Assembly (NCBI RefSeq): GCF_030144855.1
Contig: NC_082719.1
Coordinates: 81,840,001-81,904,000 of the forward strand
Length of the DNA: 64,000 nt
Source of the DNA: Hypanus sabinus
Taxonomy: Eukaryota
Direction of reading: 5' to 3'
The notes below the pieces were generated by a model. That model saw only the letters and a program-made list of their open reading frames with translations. It was not told where the DNA came from and ran no database searches. Position numbers and translations under genes: made by a program. Within the stretch, counting starts at the first letter, position 1. Every line of letters starts with the position of its first letter. Below, piece by piece: positions 60,664 through 64,000 of this stretch.

Positions 60664-62373
60664 CTGTTCTGGCACTCTGGTTCCCAACCCCCTGCAATTC
60701 AGGTTTAAACCCCACCATGCAGAACTAGCAAACCTTCCCGCTAGGATATTAGTCCCTTTCCTGTTCAGATGCAAACTACCCTTCTGTACAGGTCCCACCT
60801 TCCCAGGAAGAGAGCCCAGTGATCCAAAAATCTTATGCCCTTCCACCTACACCAACTCCTTAGCCACATGTTAAAAGGCATAATCTTACTTCTTTTGGTC
60901 TCATTAGTACATGGCATGCTGGTAATTCTAGAGGTTCTGCTCATTAGCTTAGAGCCTAACTCCCTGAATTCGCTTTGCTGAACCTCGCCACTCATTCTAC
61001 CCATGTCATTGAATCATGGACCATGATCTCTGGCAGTTCACCCTCCCACGTAAGGATGCTGAGAACTTGATCCGAGATGTTTTGAACCTTGGCACTCGGG
61101 AGGCAACATACCATCAGGCATCTCATTCTTGTCCACAGGCTTTCCTTTCCGTTCTCCTAACTAATGAATCCCCTATCTCCATCACTAACCTCTTCCCCCC
61201 CCCCCTTCACTTCTGAGTGGCAGAGCCAGACTCGGTGTCAGAGAGCTGACCACTGTGACTTTCCTTTGCTAGATCATTCCCCCCCCCCCCCCCCCCCAAC
61301 AGTATCCATAGTGGTATACCTTTTGTTGAGGGGGATGGCCATAAGGGTATTATGCACTGGCTGTTTAACTCCTTTTCCCTTCCTGACTGTTACCCATTTT
61401 CTGGTTTCCTGCACCTAGGGTGTAAATACTTCTCTATTCTATATAACCCCCTAAGCCTCCCAAATGATCTGAAGTTCATTCATTTCCAGCTCCAGCTCCT
61501 CAACACATAGTGTTAGAAACTGCAGCTAACTTCTCACACATGTAGTTGTTAGGGACACTGGAGGTCTCCTGCCTTCCTACATCCTGCAAGAAAGCATTCC
61601 ACTATACTGCCTGGCATGTCTACTGTTCAACTAAGCAACTATAAAGAAGAAAAAACAATAAACTATGGGGGAGTAAACAAAATTCTACCTACACCTTATT
61701 TTTTCTTCTCTGACTGAAGCCATGAAGAGCTAAAGCCTCAAAATCCCAACTCTGAGCTCTACCTGCTCTGACAGTGGCTGCTCCACCTGCCCGTGCCTTA
61801 CTTTAATTTGTTCTTGTCAATCAATTCTGAACAATGATTGGCCACTGTTCAAACCTCCGAACCTCACTCACCCATCACTAAACTGTTCCTATAACCTATG
61901 GACTCACTTTGAAGGACTCTTCATCTCATGTTTTTGATATTGTTTATTTATTATTATTATTATTTATTTTCTCTTTCTGTATTTGCAGAGTTTGTCTTCT
62001 GCACATTGGTTGTCCATTTTGTTGGGTGTGGTCTTTCATTGGTTCTATTGTGTTTCTTGTATTTTCTATGAACAACTGCAAGAAAATGAATCGCAGGGTT
62101 AAATGCGTTTATGTACTTTGATAGCAAATTTACTTTGAGCTTTGAACTTTTGTGCCTAGATACAGGGTTGCAGTCGGACTGGGAATTTTTAAGTATTTAC
62201 AATAATGATGAATTGAACGATTACTTGGAAATGGTTTTGAGAAATGTACTTGAAATTAAACTGTTTTTGGATTTTGAATATTTTCAGTTATCCACGTGCT
62301 TTGTAAAACGTAATATTATAGATGTACTAACGTATTTTAAAATTACATCCTTAACTTTTGTCATTTATTTCAG

Positions 62374-62510
62374 TGAGATGTTGGCATGGGCAAGTGCTCA
62401 AATACATTGCCAATTTCATACTAGTGAGAGTCGTGTTGCACTTCCTCCCTCTGAAGACACAAAGTATGATGTGCAGGCTGAAAATGAAACTGTATTTGTT
62501 CCAAACAGAG
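62374..62510 (+). CDS. RGP1: RGP1 second coding exon (gene continues beyond right edge)
   Basis: [46 protein letters not shown] matches RGP1; acceptor tttcAG, donor G|GTAAGA; phase fits exon 1. Confidence 0.95.
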
Positions 62511-64000
62511 GTAAGATGTTATTTTTGAGTTTGTTTGGTGCAATGGATCAAATTATTTATTCTTAAAGCTTTGTATTGCTTGATTTGAACACAGTGTACT
62601 GGATAAATCAGTATTACTTTTTGCTGTCTTGAATTGTTGTGTTAAAATTATGCACAGGAGTTCTCAACAGTCCTTGCAGAAAATTATCTTTTTTTTAATG
62701 GGTGGGAGCTCAGTGGTCTGATTAGTTTTTTCTTTTATTTTTTTTAATTCTCATCAAATCCCATCTCATCAAACCCCTTTCTTCAAGCTCCGAGTTATCC
62801 TTCCAGTTTCTTTCCCATTTACTTAATATACCCTTAGTACTAGTTTTGTTTGAGAACCATGAGAATCATGCATTATAGCATTGGTTCACAGCTTTCCTTC
62901 TTGGCACTTTTATTTGTTCCTTGTGCTCTGTTCACTTTTCTACTTCTGTATCTGATCTCTAATTCCCCTCATTTAACCCTCAATCTACTTTATTTCCAAA
63001 GTCTTTTTCCTCTGCAAAGCTCTTACATGTACTAAGTTTAAAGATTGGCTTTATTTGTTGAAGCATACAATAAGATGCTTCATTTATGTCACCGACTAAC
63101 ACAGTCCCCAAGGATGTGCTGGGGGCACCTGCAAGTGCCACAATTTAGTAATCCTAACCTGTTTGCCTTTGGACTGAGGGAGAAAACTAAGCACCCAGAG
63201 TAAACCCATGCGGGTCATGGGGATAACATACAAACTCCTATAGACAATGGTGGGAATTGAACTCTGATCACCAGTGCTGTAAGGCATTGCACTAAGTGCT
63301 ACTTTAACATGCCACCTCATGGTCACTTCAAGTTTAAGTTGTTCTTTGAATCTCTTCAGTTGAATTTCTCTTCTTAAAATTCTACCATAATTGCTGTAAC
63401 CAAAGTCGCACATAGCATTGCACGTGATTTTGACCACATCACAAATGATTTTGACCACATTGACCATAGTTCCTGTTCAGTTTTTTTTCTCACTATTCAG
63501 CTGCTTGTTTCTGTTGTCCATCCTTTTTTTTTCAGTTCTTAATTTTCCTAACTTTTTTAATTATATTCTGGGTAACTTCAGTTTCTCCCTCAGCCTCTGT
63601 GTTGTAGGACCTAAACAGCACTCCAGAAATCCATCATAACCTCAGTCCCCAGCCCTTTACTTTGTCTACATTCTCCTGGATGCTATATTCTGGATATGTG
63701 ACGTAAATTTCCACTTCCTGTTGAAACTGCTTTCTTCTCCCTCTATTGGCCTGCAGTTCAAACAGCTGGTTTTGGATGAGTTAAAATTTATGAAATCTTC
63801 AGTCTCCATCTCAAATTTCTACCCGTCACTGATTTCTTCTCTCTCTTAAGCCTTTGTCCCGCATTGATCGAGGCTACTTGCAACTTGGACTTGCTCTTAA
63901 TCCTTGGAGGAGATTTGGGTCTCACTTCCTCTCTCACCAATACTGTCTACTCTTCTGACTCTACAGAAATATGCCTCCATCCTTTTGTTGAAATGTTCAG

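Larger units (their letters stand above)
55990..61860 (-). mobile_element. Long decayed CR1 including esterase-type ORF1 and 5' end, with nested insertions
   Basis: ORF1 remnant WLRSWCRWKGIRFLDHWALFLGRWDLYR...LHLNRKGTNILAGRFA; ORF2 remnants SQHSFVRSRSCVTSLIEFFEEVT. Confidence 0.78.

Overview
Vertebrate genomic DNA, most likely a cartilaginous fish and probably a ray (inferred from the HE1/V-SINE-like, CR1, Rex1/Babar and Penelope repeat complement). Much of it is decayed transposons, and nearly all ORFs in the supplied track are TE fragments or noise. Three real genes can be built by hand. (1) The first coding exon of GBA2 on the minus strand (2526-2336), with a CpG-island/NRF1 promoter; the rest of the gene lies off the left edge. 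(2) A complete six-exon EGF-CFC Nodal co-receptor gene (Cripto/tdgf1/one-eyed-pinhead-like) on the plus strand: join 28812-28834, 28916-28965, 29278-29451, 33344-33458, 34850-34956, 38841-39019; 215 aa; all GT-AG and in phase. (3) The first two coding exons of RGP1 on the plus strand (52888-53003, 62374-62510). GBA2 and RGP1 are immediate head-to-head neighbours in human, but here ~50 kb and an EGF-CFC gene separate them. Other notable items: short Penelope-derived elements carrying minimal hammerhead ribozyme cores, including a TSD-flanked 96-bp-arm palindrome with a hammerhead on each strand inside the Cripto-like gene; a ~117-bp local sequence copied in inverted orientation into one such element; a possible decayed second EGF-CFC-like 5' end; a ~1.9-kb CpG-rich 40-bp minisatellite at the RGP1 first coding-exon donor; four solo LTRs; and nested retroelement stacks. 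There is one 137-N assembly gap. TE boundaries are approximate, and homology calls are from memory, not database searches.
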